Assembly: GCA_973895155.1 (NCBI GenBank) | Contig: OZ316898.1 | Coordinates: forward strand, 312,751 to 376,750 | Origin: Marsupella aquatica | Taxonomy: Eukaryota > Plantae > Marchantiophyta | DNA length: 64,000 nt | Direction of reading: 5' to 3' | In this document: in pieces, positions 26,801-38,400 of the stretch | Layout of the letters: each line of letters begins with the position of its first letter | Position numbering within the stretch: position 1 is the first letter of the stretch | Translations under genes and position numbers: made by a program | The notes under the pieces: model-generated | What the model saw: the letters and a program-made list of their open reading frames with translations, nothing else | Told to the model about the DNA's origin: nothing | Databases searched by the model: none

Positions 26801-28069
26801 GTGGGTGCAATCTAGCAACTTTTGCGTTGGTGAATCCAAATATGGCAAACACTGCAAACAAAAAAACTAGCCAATGACTGCAACATACTCACCTATAGAA
26901 TGAAAGCGTACAGTTTACCAATTTGAACAATTATGAGGCTATTCATCGTTCGCAGCAAGACCAGACTTGGACAAGCTACCCATGCTCCCCATCCGTGAAA
27001 ACCATACCGCACCTGAGATACAATAAACTTCCAGAGAAATTTCTCCTTCTCCTTCATGTAATAGAAAGTGTTGACTACATGTTTTGGGTTTGGGGTTTTG
27101 GGCTTAGGTGTGATCCTTAGTGGGGAGCTAGCTGAGAAATTTTGTTGATGGTTTCAGAAAAGTGCGTAAGCAAAAAGAAATCGAGAGAGCCATAGGACGC
27201 ACCTCTGGAACCACCAATGGTACTCCCTCGTCCATTCGAAAAGCTGAGCTGTTATCTACTACAATTGTACCTGCAGAAGCTGCCACGGGGCCATATTGTT
27301 TGCTGCAAGACCAGGCAGACATTGTTGACACGGCCTTCTTGTGAACTTTTAAGATCTAGTACCTGTGATTTTGATTGAAGGGAGCAAAGATGCATCGGAT
27401 CCTGTGCGACCAATAACAGTAAGCTGAGGATCTCTAAGAAGCAGATATGAAATTGTCTACGAAATATGTAGAAATCATAGGGTAAGAGAGCTGCACCTGA
27501 TGGAACCCCCTGCGCTGAAAAGAGCAATGTCCACTCCGCTAAAGCTGTCCTCAGTAAGCTCTTCGATTCCATAATCGCGGCCCTAGAAAGACAGAGACGC
27601 ACACCATCCTTACTCTCTCCGCCAATTGCACCAAATCCTGGACGAAGCTACATAACGAACTCTTCAACAAAAACACCGAACACAAAATGATTTTCAATGT
27701 GAACTATGGGCTAACCTCAAATGTGATGTGTTTGCCCGCTGATCGCTTGCTTGCAAGCAGCTTTAAGCTACTATATGGAAAATTACGAGAAGTGAGAACT
27801 GAGAGGAATTCCTGCCCAACTGCACCAGTCACACCAACAATGGCCACAGTCGGTCCGTTCTCAGTCAAGTCCATTCTCGTCACATCAGGCCGGGGGTTCC
27901 GTTTCCATCCTGTCTTCCTGCTATTGGAGATCGTGCTGGACATTGATTGCACTCTGAAATCACCAATGCCGGAACCCTTCAGGGCACTCTTCAACGGGAG
28001 AGTGGAGATCCCGGCCTTGGCCACAGGATGGCCGGAAGAGGACACGCCATAGATTACGAGCTGTGACAT
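23898..28069 (-). CDS. ASD: Aspartate-semialdehyde dehydrogenase, plastid-targeted; 11 exons: 28069-27716, 27582-27497, 27302-27203, 26574-26452, 26319-26233, 26044-26000, 25643-25548, 25297-25196, 24884-24798, 24328-24261, 23979-23898
   Basis: Rossmann motif [23 protein letters not shown], catalytic [38 protein letters not shown] and [17 protein letters not shown]. All junctions are GT-AG and in frame. The N-terminus is Ser-rich and transit-peptide-like. Confidence 0.95.
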
Positions 28070-28474
28070 TGTCGTAGGCAACCGCAGCGAGCTCGCGGAC
28101 GAAATGGCGAGCTTCACCTCGGGCACCAAGGAGAGGCAAGCTGTTATACCGGAAAATGCCTTACATCCGAAGCAATGGTGAAAAAGCTCTCATTTCGCCT
28201 CCCCGGGGTGGTGAAAAAGTTTACTTGTTCCTTGAACGGAACTAGAGGGAGTCCTTTCCCCCTTCTTTCCCCCTTGTTTTAGTTCTCACTGCTTTTTTTC
28301 GGCAGCTAGTAAAGTTATCCTTAATGTAAAGGGGCCAAACTCAAGGCCAGAGTCCCTATTTGGTCTTTTAAGTGAGTTTCCTTAAACTCTCCTAAAGTTC
28401 CCTTGTAAGAACTGAGTTAAGTAAATAAACAGGTGGGTTAAGAGAGTTAACCTCCCACTTGAGTTAGAAGATAC

Positions 28475-28806
28475 CCGATGGAGGCAAGGATGGAGCGATG
28501 GAGGAACCAAAGCTGGGCTGCAGTGCTCAGCAGCTCGAAGCTATGGAGGGCTGGGCAATGTCGGGCCTGAGCAGCAGCGATGGAGGCACAATCAGGGGCA
28601 CGATGCAGTGTGGAGCAATGGAGGCAAGGAAGCTAGGCAGTGCTCGATCAGCAGCTTGAAGCTACGGAGGGCTTGAGCAATGTCGGGCCTGAGCAGGAAG
28701 GCACGATGCAACATTGGAGGCACGATGGGCCTGGGCAAGAAAGAGCAGAACGTCCTGGCACTAACTCGCGGCTGGCACTAACTCGCGGCTGACACTAACT
28801 CGCGGT
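28475..28806. repeat. GC-rich short-motif repeats upstream of ASD (ATGGAGGCA motifs; 17-bp GGCACTAACTCGCGGCT x3)
   Basis: Direct reading: duplicated CAGCAGCTyGAAGCTAyGGAGGGCT...ATGTCGGGCCTGAGCAG, and a 17-mer triplication at 28757-28805. Confidence 0.7.
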
Positions 28807-29316
28807 GAGAAGGGCCCGACACTGTTGGAAGGACAAAAAATGGGATTCACCCTGTTTCTCGCCCCTGAGTACTTGAAGTTTCCATTTAAGTTAACTCACC
28901 CTTTAATTTAGGTACAAGTCACGACCAGTGGCCCTTAATCACTCACATTGCGGATAACTTTAGTATATGTGATTCTTGAGCGGCCAGGCTTTCACCCTCC
29001 TTAGTAGGACTGAGTCAATTGGGCCTCCCATCAGGCTGGTTTGCTGCAGGACCCTCCTTTGCGGTGTAGTTGGGAGCTCTCCCAGGCTTTTCAATTCTCC
29101 TCTCAATAGGGTGTTAACCTTCATGGCTCCTTCATAGGTTGTATTTGGTCGGCTTTTGGTTTGGGATCCCCTCTCTTCCTCCCCTTCTTTGGGTTGCTTT
29201 GCCTTTGGTACCTTGTCTCCCAGTTTGGCGTTTTTTGCCCTTGGGCACTGTGATATATAAAAAACTAGAGAAGAGGAGAGAAAAGGAAAAAGATATATCA
29301 AATTGCCAAAAAGCAT

Positions 29317-29421
29317 AAGGCTCCCAACCGGGAGAAATGATGGTAGTTAAAGCCCCCATGTACTTGCACAAGGCTCCCAACCGGGAGAAATGATGGTAGT
29401 TAAAGCTCCCATGTACTTGCA
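29317..29421. repeat. ~53-bp tandem duplication
   Basis: AAGGCTCCCAACCGGGAGAAATGATGGTAGTTAAAGCyCCCATGTACTTGCA x2. Confidence 0.85.
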
Positions 29422-29932
29422 AGTTGTCCATGAATCCCTCATGATAAACTAAACCTGCATGGACCTGGTTAAAACATAAAGGTATGTTTGGACATTGCTA
29501 TTTACATTTATGTCCATAAAGTAGAGTGTCAATAACCAAATCATCATTACAAATCCATAAAAAAAAAATCTCTCACTAACTCTGTCACCACTTCTGTCCT
29601 AAACATATGTCAGTGGCCATATCACTTTTTTATTGAGAACTTGCTATTTTCTCCCAATACTCTTTCCCCTTCACATAATTACTCTAACTATGTTTTAAGA
29701 GTTTAATAAGAAAGATAACATGTAAAATACATTTAACTAGGTCCGTATGTCAGACCTTACCTGGCCTTCATGGTAGATGAAACTTTGAATAGATTTAGTG
29801 TTTCACATTTACTCATACCGCCTCAAGTAGTTTGCTCAATGGTAAAAAACCAAATGAACTTAATTTCCTCAAAATTATTTTTAAATATTTATAAGCCCCA
29901 CAAAAGGGGGGAAGCAAGCAGCACAATGACTC

Positions 29933-30274
29933 TGTTGAGCATAGACGACATTCGTAACGGCAAGCCCATGAACCATCCAACGCACAATAGTCGACACAGA
30001 GAGATACGTGGTTCACCTCCACATGAGGCTACGTCCACGGGAACACACAAGAGCTTTACTGCACTCTAGGCCGACCGGCCATACCAAGCATCCACAGCAC
30101 AAGCTCTCCCTATCTCTCAACTAGCTCCGTAACAATGAGCCTAAGTTCCACCAGGGTCTGGCATCAGCCCTGGCTATATGCACAATAGCACTACCGCTAA
30201 CATTAGCTAAGTCCTAACCCGAGTTAGACTAATTGTGGTTAGCTCATGAGTCACAAGACGAGCAATATCTAACA
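29933..30274 (-). repeat. 3' LTR of copia A (342 bp)
   Basis: Matches 58171-58514 with a few substitutions and a 2-nt indel; adjacent PPT. Confidence 0.95.
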
Positions 30275-30487
30275 AACTCCCCCTTGACTCTTGTTTTGGG
30301 GACTGGACTAAATGCAACCATATGGAATCCTCAGCGGGAAGTTCTAGACAATCACCAAACCAGGTCTCCCCCTAAAAACCACAAGGGTTAACTAAGGGTT
30401 AACTAGAACTAAGCCGTAGCCAAACAGGAATGAGTAATCCATATATAAATAGTCACACATTGCTAAATAACTCTACTTGCACTACAA

Positions 30488-31354
30488 CTACAAAACCTGC
30501 AAAGTAGCACGGTGTCTTGAGAAACTCTCCAAAGGAATCACTTTGGTAAAAGCATCAGCGGGATTGAGCTTTCCATCAATTTTGACTAGCTCAAAAGTTT
30601 TATCAGACACTGCTTGCCTGATAAAATGGTACCTGATATCAATGTGCTTCACCCTGCTATCTATCACCTGGTTAGCAGCCAAGTGAAGAGCACTCTGACT
30701 ATCACAGTTTAGAGTCATTTTTCCATGCTCTAAACCCATCTCCGCGATCAACTTATCCAACCAAATTGCTTCATTTGCTGCTTCTGCTGCTGCAACATAC
30801 TCTGCTTCTGTAGTAGACTGAGATATGCACTTCTGCAAGGTAGATTTCCAACTGATACATCCTCCTCCAAGAGTGTATACAAACCCAGTTGTAGACCTCC
30901 TTGTATCCAGACAACCTCCATAGTCAGAATCTACATAGCCAACTAACGTTCTATCTTATCTGTTATCAAATAGTAATCCATAGTCCTGTGTACCCTTCAG
31001 ATACCTGAGAATCCATTTCACAGCTTCCCAATGTACCTTCCCTGGATTTGACATGAATCTGCTAACCTTGCCCATCGCTAGGGCCAAGTCAGGCCTAGTA
31101 CAAGTCATCAAATACATCAGACTGCCTACTGCCTTCTCATAAGGAATCTTAGCCATCAGACCTTTCTCCACAGCATCTGTAGGAGAGAAAGCCGATGATA
31201 ACTTGAAATGTGAAGCTAAAGGAATACTCACTGGCTTACAGTTTTCCATGTTGAATCGTGCAAGTACTTTCCTCGCATACTGGCCTTGACTCAAGCACAA
31301 CTGTCCAGTCTCAGAGTTCCTAAAAATCTCCATCCCTAAGATCCTCTTAGCCTT
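30488..31354 (-). pseudogene. Copia A pol, C-terminal part (end of RT and RNase H)
   Basis: [32 protein letters not shown] and KHIDIRYHF. In-frame stop at 30956. Continues the ORF cut at 55590. Confidence 0.92.
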
Positions 31355-31712
31355 TGTGACGCCGCCGGTACGGCGGTTAATGAGTGATTCAGTCTAACTG
31401 CGCTCGGCACGCGCGTTAGGTGGGTCTTAGGCCGCTATTATTAGCATAACGACAGTATTTAGGTAATCATTAGGGGTAGGACATCATTAGGCAATAAGGG
31501 GGACTTCAGGTTCGGGCTGGCGGCGGGTCGCTATTCGCACACCCGGGTTATGAGCATGGAGGGGCCCCTCCCTCGGGTCCGTATAACAAACTTAAGGAAG
31601 CGGCCACTGACGCACGCTGACTCAGACCGGCGGAGTGGCCGGTACACCACAAGCGTGAGCGGTTCAACCTATGGGCGTCGAGGAGACGTCGGGGATCGAC
31701 AAGCCCTCAAAG

Positions 31713-31719
31713 TATAAAA
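31713..31719 (+). promoter_or_regulatory. TATA box of the gypsy LTR (also at 41821 and 51929)
   Basis: TATAAAAGGGG lies 358 bp into the LTR, followed by a CT-rich patch, ~108 nt upstream of the LTR-ORF ATG. Confidence 0.75.
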
Positions 31720-31820
31720 GGGGAGCCAACCCTTTGTAGTGCACCAGTCCATCAGTCCGCGCGCCAACTTCGACCCCAGCTCTCTCGTTCTCTCTAGGTC
31801 GCCACTACTATCTCCTCTGA

Positions 31821-34469
31821 ATGTCGCACACGATCCTCTCCAGCTCGGCCATTCGATTCTGGACGCAGTTCCTATCTACCGGAAGGCACTTGGCCGATTC
31901 ATTGAAACACGCCAACCCGCGCCGATACGAGATCGAACGCGAATACGAGAGAGCCATCCGCCTAGCAGGACGACACCACTACGTCCTTAACTTTGACTAC
32001 CCATCTCAGAGCGAGCTTTACCGACCAGCTGAGGTATCTGGGTACTTCTTTGACAGAGACAAATATATCGGGTTCTGGGAAGCATTGCTTCGGCTTCCGG
32101 ACGAGGTCTTCAATATCCCGGGTACAATCGACCTGCAGCGACATCACTTCGACCACATCCCTGCCCAGGTTCGGGCAGTCATTAACGGCGAGTCCAGTAC
32201 CAACCGTTCGACAAGGGCGTCCGTACTCGCTTCGGAGAACTTCTACCAGCACTTACAGAGCTTCATGGGAACTCGGCCATCAACCAACATGACCAACTCA
32301 GCCGGACTCGGACCCGTACCCGTACCCGTACCCGTGCCCATGCAACCTCAGCTTCAGCTTCAGCCTCAGCCGCAGCCTAGCCAAACCCCACCACCTATCA
32401 CCCAGCCAGCACAGGTACGCTCCGTCATCAACGCTGTGGATCTTAGCGATGACGACGAGGCTACCCCACCCTTGACCAGGCGGCCCAGAGGAACAAGCGC
32501 TCGGGGGGCCGACACTATACCGTCCCCACCCCCTGCTCTGACCCCAGGAGCGGCCCCAGCAGACAACATGGTGACCGTGGCCGCCCCGGGCCCGTTACCA
32601 ACCGCAGTGGCACTCCCCAGGCCCGATCGGGAGGATGGGGAAGTATCACCTTCCCCGAGTCAGTCACGGGGAAAGAAGAGAAAGGAATCCGCCAGTGCAT
32701 CCGGGTTACCGTTAGCCACGGTAGCTGTAGCCAAGGTAATGATGCATCGCATGGGGGAAAACGTTCACAGCAACATCCTCCATCCCAAGCATGCGGTGTA
32801 CCTGAAGACTCAGGGATTTGAGCACCTCGCCTCTCTCCCCTGGAACACTTGCAGGTACTACGGGGAGGACATGACAGAATTCGTCAAGAATTATGACGAC
32901 GTACGTCAACAGACTCGGCTGCGGGGAAGGAATATGTCCCTCACAGAAGAACGGCTCAAGATGATCTTCGGGTTACCCGAAGGTGACCATCGAGTCGAAT
33001 CACGGGCTCCCGGGGGCAAGGGGGCCAAGTACCAATCTTCAAGTTTTCCCTCAGAGGGATCAGTAGACAACGGGTTCGTGATGAGGACCTGCCTCATGCC
33101 CGAGATAGCTGAGCGGCTGGAGTTCCAGAGGTACGCTCTCCACTTGATGGAACCCCGGGGGGAGATCTCCGCCGCCCAGGTCATCCAGGTCGAGAACTAT
33201 CGACCTAGGAAGTGGGCGTCGTACTTCGCTAAGAAATTCCATGAAGAGATGGAGCGGCGAAGGAAGACGCTGTACATTGACGGGAAGCCGTATTTCGCTA
33301 GCCACATCGAAATCATTCTTGAGTGGTATGCCCGGTTTGATCGACGAACCCTTCCCCGCATCAACGTTACAAAGCTGGTCCCAGCTAGGTGGGTTTTTCC
33401 GGCATTGGAGAGACGACCCCAACCCGAGGCCTGAAGTCCAGTGGACACGCCAGCTTCACCCACCCCACCTCCACAAATAGCTGTAATCGTAACCGAGGAG
33501 GCGCCGGAGGGGTTGGTCGTCGCAACCGTTGATGCGACCCAACTAGCCGGGCTAAGTACAGAAGTTGGTACGGCAGAGGTCTTACCCGAACCCGGGTCTC
33601 CCAAGGACCCGCCGGTGGCAATTCCGGAGAACCGGACATCGCTGCAGGAGGATACTCCGGCCCCTTCCAACGTTATGTCCCCAGGGCTGGACGTCACTGC
33701 CCCGGCCCCTGCGCGTGTTGATGTCTGCCCGTGCCCAAATCCGGACAGACACAACTTGGACCACCCGGAACTCTTCGTACAGGGTACGTTTCTGAACGGG
33801 CTTCTGGGAGATTTCTCTCATCAAATTGCCCGGGATACCGGGGAGTTCATGGCTCGGAAGGTAGCCTGTTTCTTCAATCAGGAGTTGGTTGCCGCCGTAA
33901 AGGCAGGGCGGGCCCAGTCGGAGGCCCTTCAGAGGATAGAGCGGTACCGGGTGGAGTCCGTGTACCTAAAGAACGAAGTGGCGGCTCAAGAGGCTGAGCT
34001 TATGCAACTACGACCCAAGGTTGCAGCCGCCGATGAGTTGTTAGCAAAGGCATACGCTCTTACCGCCCTAGCTGAATAGGCCAAAGCTGGGAACGAGGCC
34101 GAGATTACATGACTCCGGAACCAGATTGACAGTTTGAAGAAACAAGCTGTCACCTGGCAGAAAGACCTGGAGGAGGCCGAGGAGCGAGCCCAGCGGGACG
34201 CGACGGGGATAGCCACACTGCAGGCCGAGATGGCGCGGCTCCAAACCGAGGCCGAGAAGCAGGACCAGCTGGCGAGTAAACTGGCGAGCGACGCCCAGCA
34301 GCTGGAGGAGGCATGTCAGGAGGCAGTAGAGGAGACGGACGCGGCGAGGCGAGAGAACGAATCTCTGCTGGACCAGGTCCAGCTCCTCAAAGCGGACAAT
34401 GACAGGCTTCGAAGGCAGCGGGATGGCCGTTCCCATTCGGGCGGCTCTGGCAAGCGTGCCAGGCATTAG
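31821..34469 (+). pseudogene. LTR-encoded ORF, copy 1 (three premature stops)
   Basis: Collinear with the intact 52037-54685 copy. Stops TGA 33432, TAG 34077 and TGA 34110 replace CGA, CAG and CGA. Confidence 0.9.
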
Positions 34470-35381
34470 CGGCGGAGTATGAATAGATTAGGATTAGAAT
34501 TGGCTTGGTCAGGCTCTTGGGGCAGGCACCTGCCTTAGGTACGGCAGCGCTGCCCTGCTGTCCAGCCTGCGTAGATTAGGATCTTCTAATAAGACACAGC
34601 TGTTTTCCGGCCTGACTGTCAGCTTAGTTAGGACCTTGGTCAGCGAATCTTCGGCGGGAGGACACCCCGTTCCTCGGCTCTTAGTATTTAGTGCACCCCT
34701 CGGTAGAGGCAAGGGGGGTTTTTTAGTTTCAGAGTCGGACATCCGCGGGACATGCGGGGAGTCCCGACCTCTGGGAATGACAGAGTACCAAGGGGAGGGG
34801 GTAGGACTAAGCTTGCCGGGCGAGTGCGGAGCCGGGCTCCGTTGTAGTGTGCACCCTTGGCCTTGAACCTGTGCATTCCAGGGCTGTCGTGTCAACTAAG
34901 TGTACGCATATGTTCCCTTTGTAGTAAAAATCCTTTCCCATCATTTTTCCTTCGTGTAAATCGAGATTGTATGCATGTGTGCGCATATGTGTGTGGGTTT
35001 CTCGTATATGGGTGGCAGCGCCGGGCCGAACGCACTACCCGAGACGTGCACAGGGTGCAGCCTACGGGTAAGTGGTTGCGAGCACGGGTTGAGGACCTGT
35101 ATCATCGAATCCGGATCGAAGGCGGACAGCACGAAGGCTTAGAAGCCCTTAAGCCGGGGTCGATCCTGCTATCGACTAAGGTACGTTCTGGCGGCGGAAC
35201 ACAAACCATACCTAGGAGGTGTCCGTATTTAGCAGTATGCGCACTTAGCGCTAGTTTACGAGAATAAGGTGCATTACGTGCTTCCCTTCCTGCCCGAACC
35301 CTCAGATTTACGAGGGATGTGCCCGTCTAAGCTGAAGTCTGAGTTAAGGCCGAAGCCTACGACGTGACATAGCCTTTGTTT

Positions 35382-35398
35382 TGGCGCTAGATGGAGGG
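35382..35398 (+). promoter_or_regulatory. Primer binding site, likely tRNA-Asn (second copy 45490-45506)
   Basis: TGGCGCTAGATGGAGGG is, from recall of plant tRNA-Asn(GUU) ending ...CCCUCCUUCUAGCG-CCA, complementary with one mismatch. It lies 12 nt downstream of the LTR end. Confidence 0.7.
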
Positions 35399-35492
35399 GG
35401 CACTCTACATATCGTAGAGGGGAGACATGTGCATATTCACCTAGGCAGGATACATCAGGACGTAGTACTAACCATTGCATTTATATGAGTAA

Positions 35493-38400
35493 ATGCCCGT
35501 CACTCGTTCTCAAGCAGCTTACTTGAGGAGATTGACCAGCGAACGAGAAAGTGCAACCACAACAAGCTCCGACTCGTCGGGCTCGGAGGACTCGCAATCG
35601 TCCCGACGTATGAACATACCCCCGGGATCTTCGGGGTCCGGTTCGACCGGCCCTGCTGCGGTACCACCACCATCACCACCACCACCACCACCACCTATGG
35701 CAGCCGCTCCACCGGTGGCCCGCGCTGCTCAGGCACCTCCACAAATATCGCAACGATCGCGATTTCATTATCGACCTTTCAAAGGGCGTCATGGGGATGA
35801 TCCGGATGAATGGTTGGATGAGTTTGAAGCCACTGCTAAAGCTAATGGGGAAGACGTCATTAAGCTAACCGTCCTCCCGGGAGTAATGCGGGGAGAAGCT
35901 CATCCATGGTACAACTCGTTACCACCCGGGACTACCTGGGCACAATTCCAAGCTGCATTGCTGCAGGAGTTTCGTGCCATTGGATCAGAACAGCGTTCTC
36001 TATTAAAGATTGGCCAGCTTCGCATGGGAAAAAAAGAGTCCCTGCGGAAGTTCATTCAGAAGTTTCAGAAACTTGCGGCCAAGATCCGGCCCAGGCCAGG
36101 AGACGCGCTCCAGCTTACATGGTTCCTTCATGGTTTGCCCACGAATATGCAATTCTGGGTACGCCAGAATAATCCAATTTCAATGCAGGCGGCCATAGCG
36201 TGCGCCGAAACTTACCGGGAGTCCACCTATAACTCCCGGCGGAGCCAGCGAGCACGCCGCAGGAAGGGTAAGTACGAAACCTTCAGTGACAGTGACTCCG
36301 AATCGGACGACGAGAGGAAGAAGAAACGGAAGAAGAAGAAGAAACATCATTCGACCTCGTCCAGCTCCGAGACGGAATCCAGTTCGGATTCAGCTTCAAG
36401 CATCGGATCCTCTACCTCCAGTTCATCAGGAAGTGACTTGGAGAGCGAAAGCCAGAGCAAAAAGAAGAAGAGACGAGTGAAGAAGGAGGGGAAGATTAAA
36501 CCCCGGGCGCGAAGAACGATACCAGATCCAAAGGCTGCCGAAGCAGACAAGCTGAACAAAATCACGGATCGACTCAAAGCACTGTCAGTACATCTTGCGG
36601 AGAAGCCGGTGGAGAAGAAGAAGCCATCTGAGATTCGAGCCCATGCGTGGTGTTCAAAGTGCTTCCAATCCGGCCATGTGGTGCAGGAATGCCCAAGGTG
36701 GAAGAACCGAGTTCACCAAGTAGAGCTGGATGATGTTGACAACCCGGGCCCCGAATCGGAGTCCACGGAGTATTTCTTTGAGGACCCTCCTGATTCCGTG
36801 TACCAGATTTCAACGGTTGGTCCGCGTAATTTAGCGGGTAGAACTGCGTACCCCTACCCAAGTAATGGCCGGAGTTTCCAGGTTATCAGTAACCCGAGCA
36901 TCCCTCCTAAGCCAGGGATTTGGCGGTCCCCGGTTTGTTACAACTGTGAAAAGCCAGGACACTTTGCGAGGGAATGCACCGAACCAAGACGTCAGGGAGA
37001 TGGCCGAGGCACCCCACTATGTCAAGTTTGCAAAACGGAGGCTCATTCCATGGCCAACTGTCCGTTGGTAATCGCTGCTCGAACGAGTGCGGCTAGACCG
37101 GCCCAGGCTGGACCAGTCACGAGCGATGCAGTCGTCCAAATGATTGCTGTAGAATGGCAAGATGACAACACCGAGTGGGTGAATCTGGTGGACGTGACGG
37201 AACACCCTAATCCATTGGATGAGGCCGAGTGCTACCGAGTGTCGACAAGGGCCGAACGGAAGGAAGAAAAGACGGAGGAGAAACGGAGGAAAAAGCAAGA
37301 TACTACTCCAGTGCAGCCAGCGATAAATATACCCCCGGAAAAGGACGATGACTACCGACGGGACGACCCGAAGCTATTTTTCCCCCGCATCGAAGAATTG
37401 GTAAAGAAACAGCTGGAGGCTTACGAAGCTCGGGAATACCAGAAGGCAATCGATAAGGACATCAAAGCAGCCGAGACAGCCCGGCGTCAGGAGCAAGAAA
37501 AGCAAGATAAACAAGAGGAAGCCAAGCAGCAGCCAACGAAAGAAACAAAGGAGGACTATGATATTAAGGAGGACGTGAAGAGTTGCCCGGTTACAGCGAC
37601 GGTGGGGCAACTGCTGCAGAACAACCCACAGTACAGACGACAACTGAGGGAGTTGCTCATGGGTCGCCGAAGGAGAAGACTACCCCGAGTTGGGAGTGCA
37701 GACTGCAACATGATATGCGAGGACCTTGGAGCGCCGGACATCTTGATCGAAATTAATAACTGTACCATCAAGATGGTCCTTGTAGACGGAGGAGCGGGAG
37801 TCAACATCATGACTGAAGAAACGTCAGTCAAGTTAGGATACCTCACGTATCAACCCACGGCCCGAGCTATCAGATTAGCAAACGGGGCAAGGGTCCTCCC
37901 ATTAGGCACGCTCACACGAGTGCTCACTCTGGTGGGAGGGGTAGAGTTCTATCTCAACTTCTTAGTCATGAGGCCGGTTCGTCCCTCCTCTTATCCGGTT
38001 CTTCTGGGCAGGCCGTGGCTGTACGGTGGCCGTGTAGTCACGGATTGGGGAAAGAAGGAGCTACGGTTCGGGGAACCCACCGTACGGGTATCTTGGGCAA
38101 TGGACGATTATCAGGGAGAAACCCCACAAGGACCCGAGGAATATGATTCGGAGACCTCGGAGGAAGAGGAACTCAATATGATCGAACTCATCTCGTCCCT
38201 ATCCGAGGAAGATGTCTTCGGAGTTGAAGCAACCCGAGAAACACATCTCCTAAATTACCCGAGGGCTGCCATTGAGTCCACCCCAAGTACATCTACTGTC
38301 GGGGATGAGGAAACGCACGAACAACTCGTCGAGACGGAGGACACGGCTCCAGCCAAGCAGGGAGCCGTGGCTACTCCTTCCATTTCAGAGCCTTGTAACC

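Larger units (their letters stand above)
31355..35369 (+). repeat. Gypsy LTR1 (5' LTR, 4015 bp, contains a disrupted internal ORF)
   Basis: TG...CA ends with imperfect terminal inverted repeats (TGTGACGCCG / CGACGTGACA); followed by the PBS. Confidence 0.97.
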
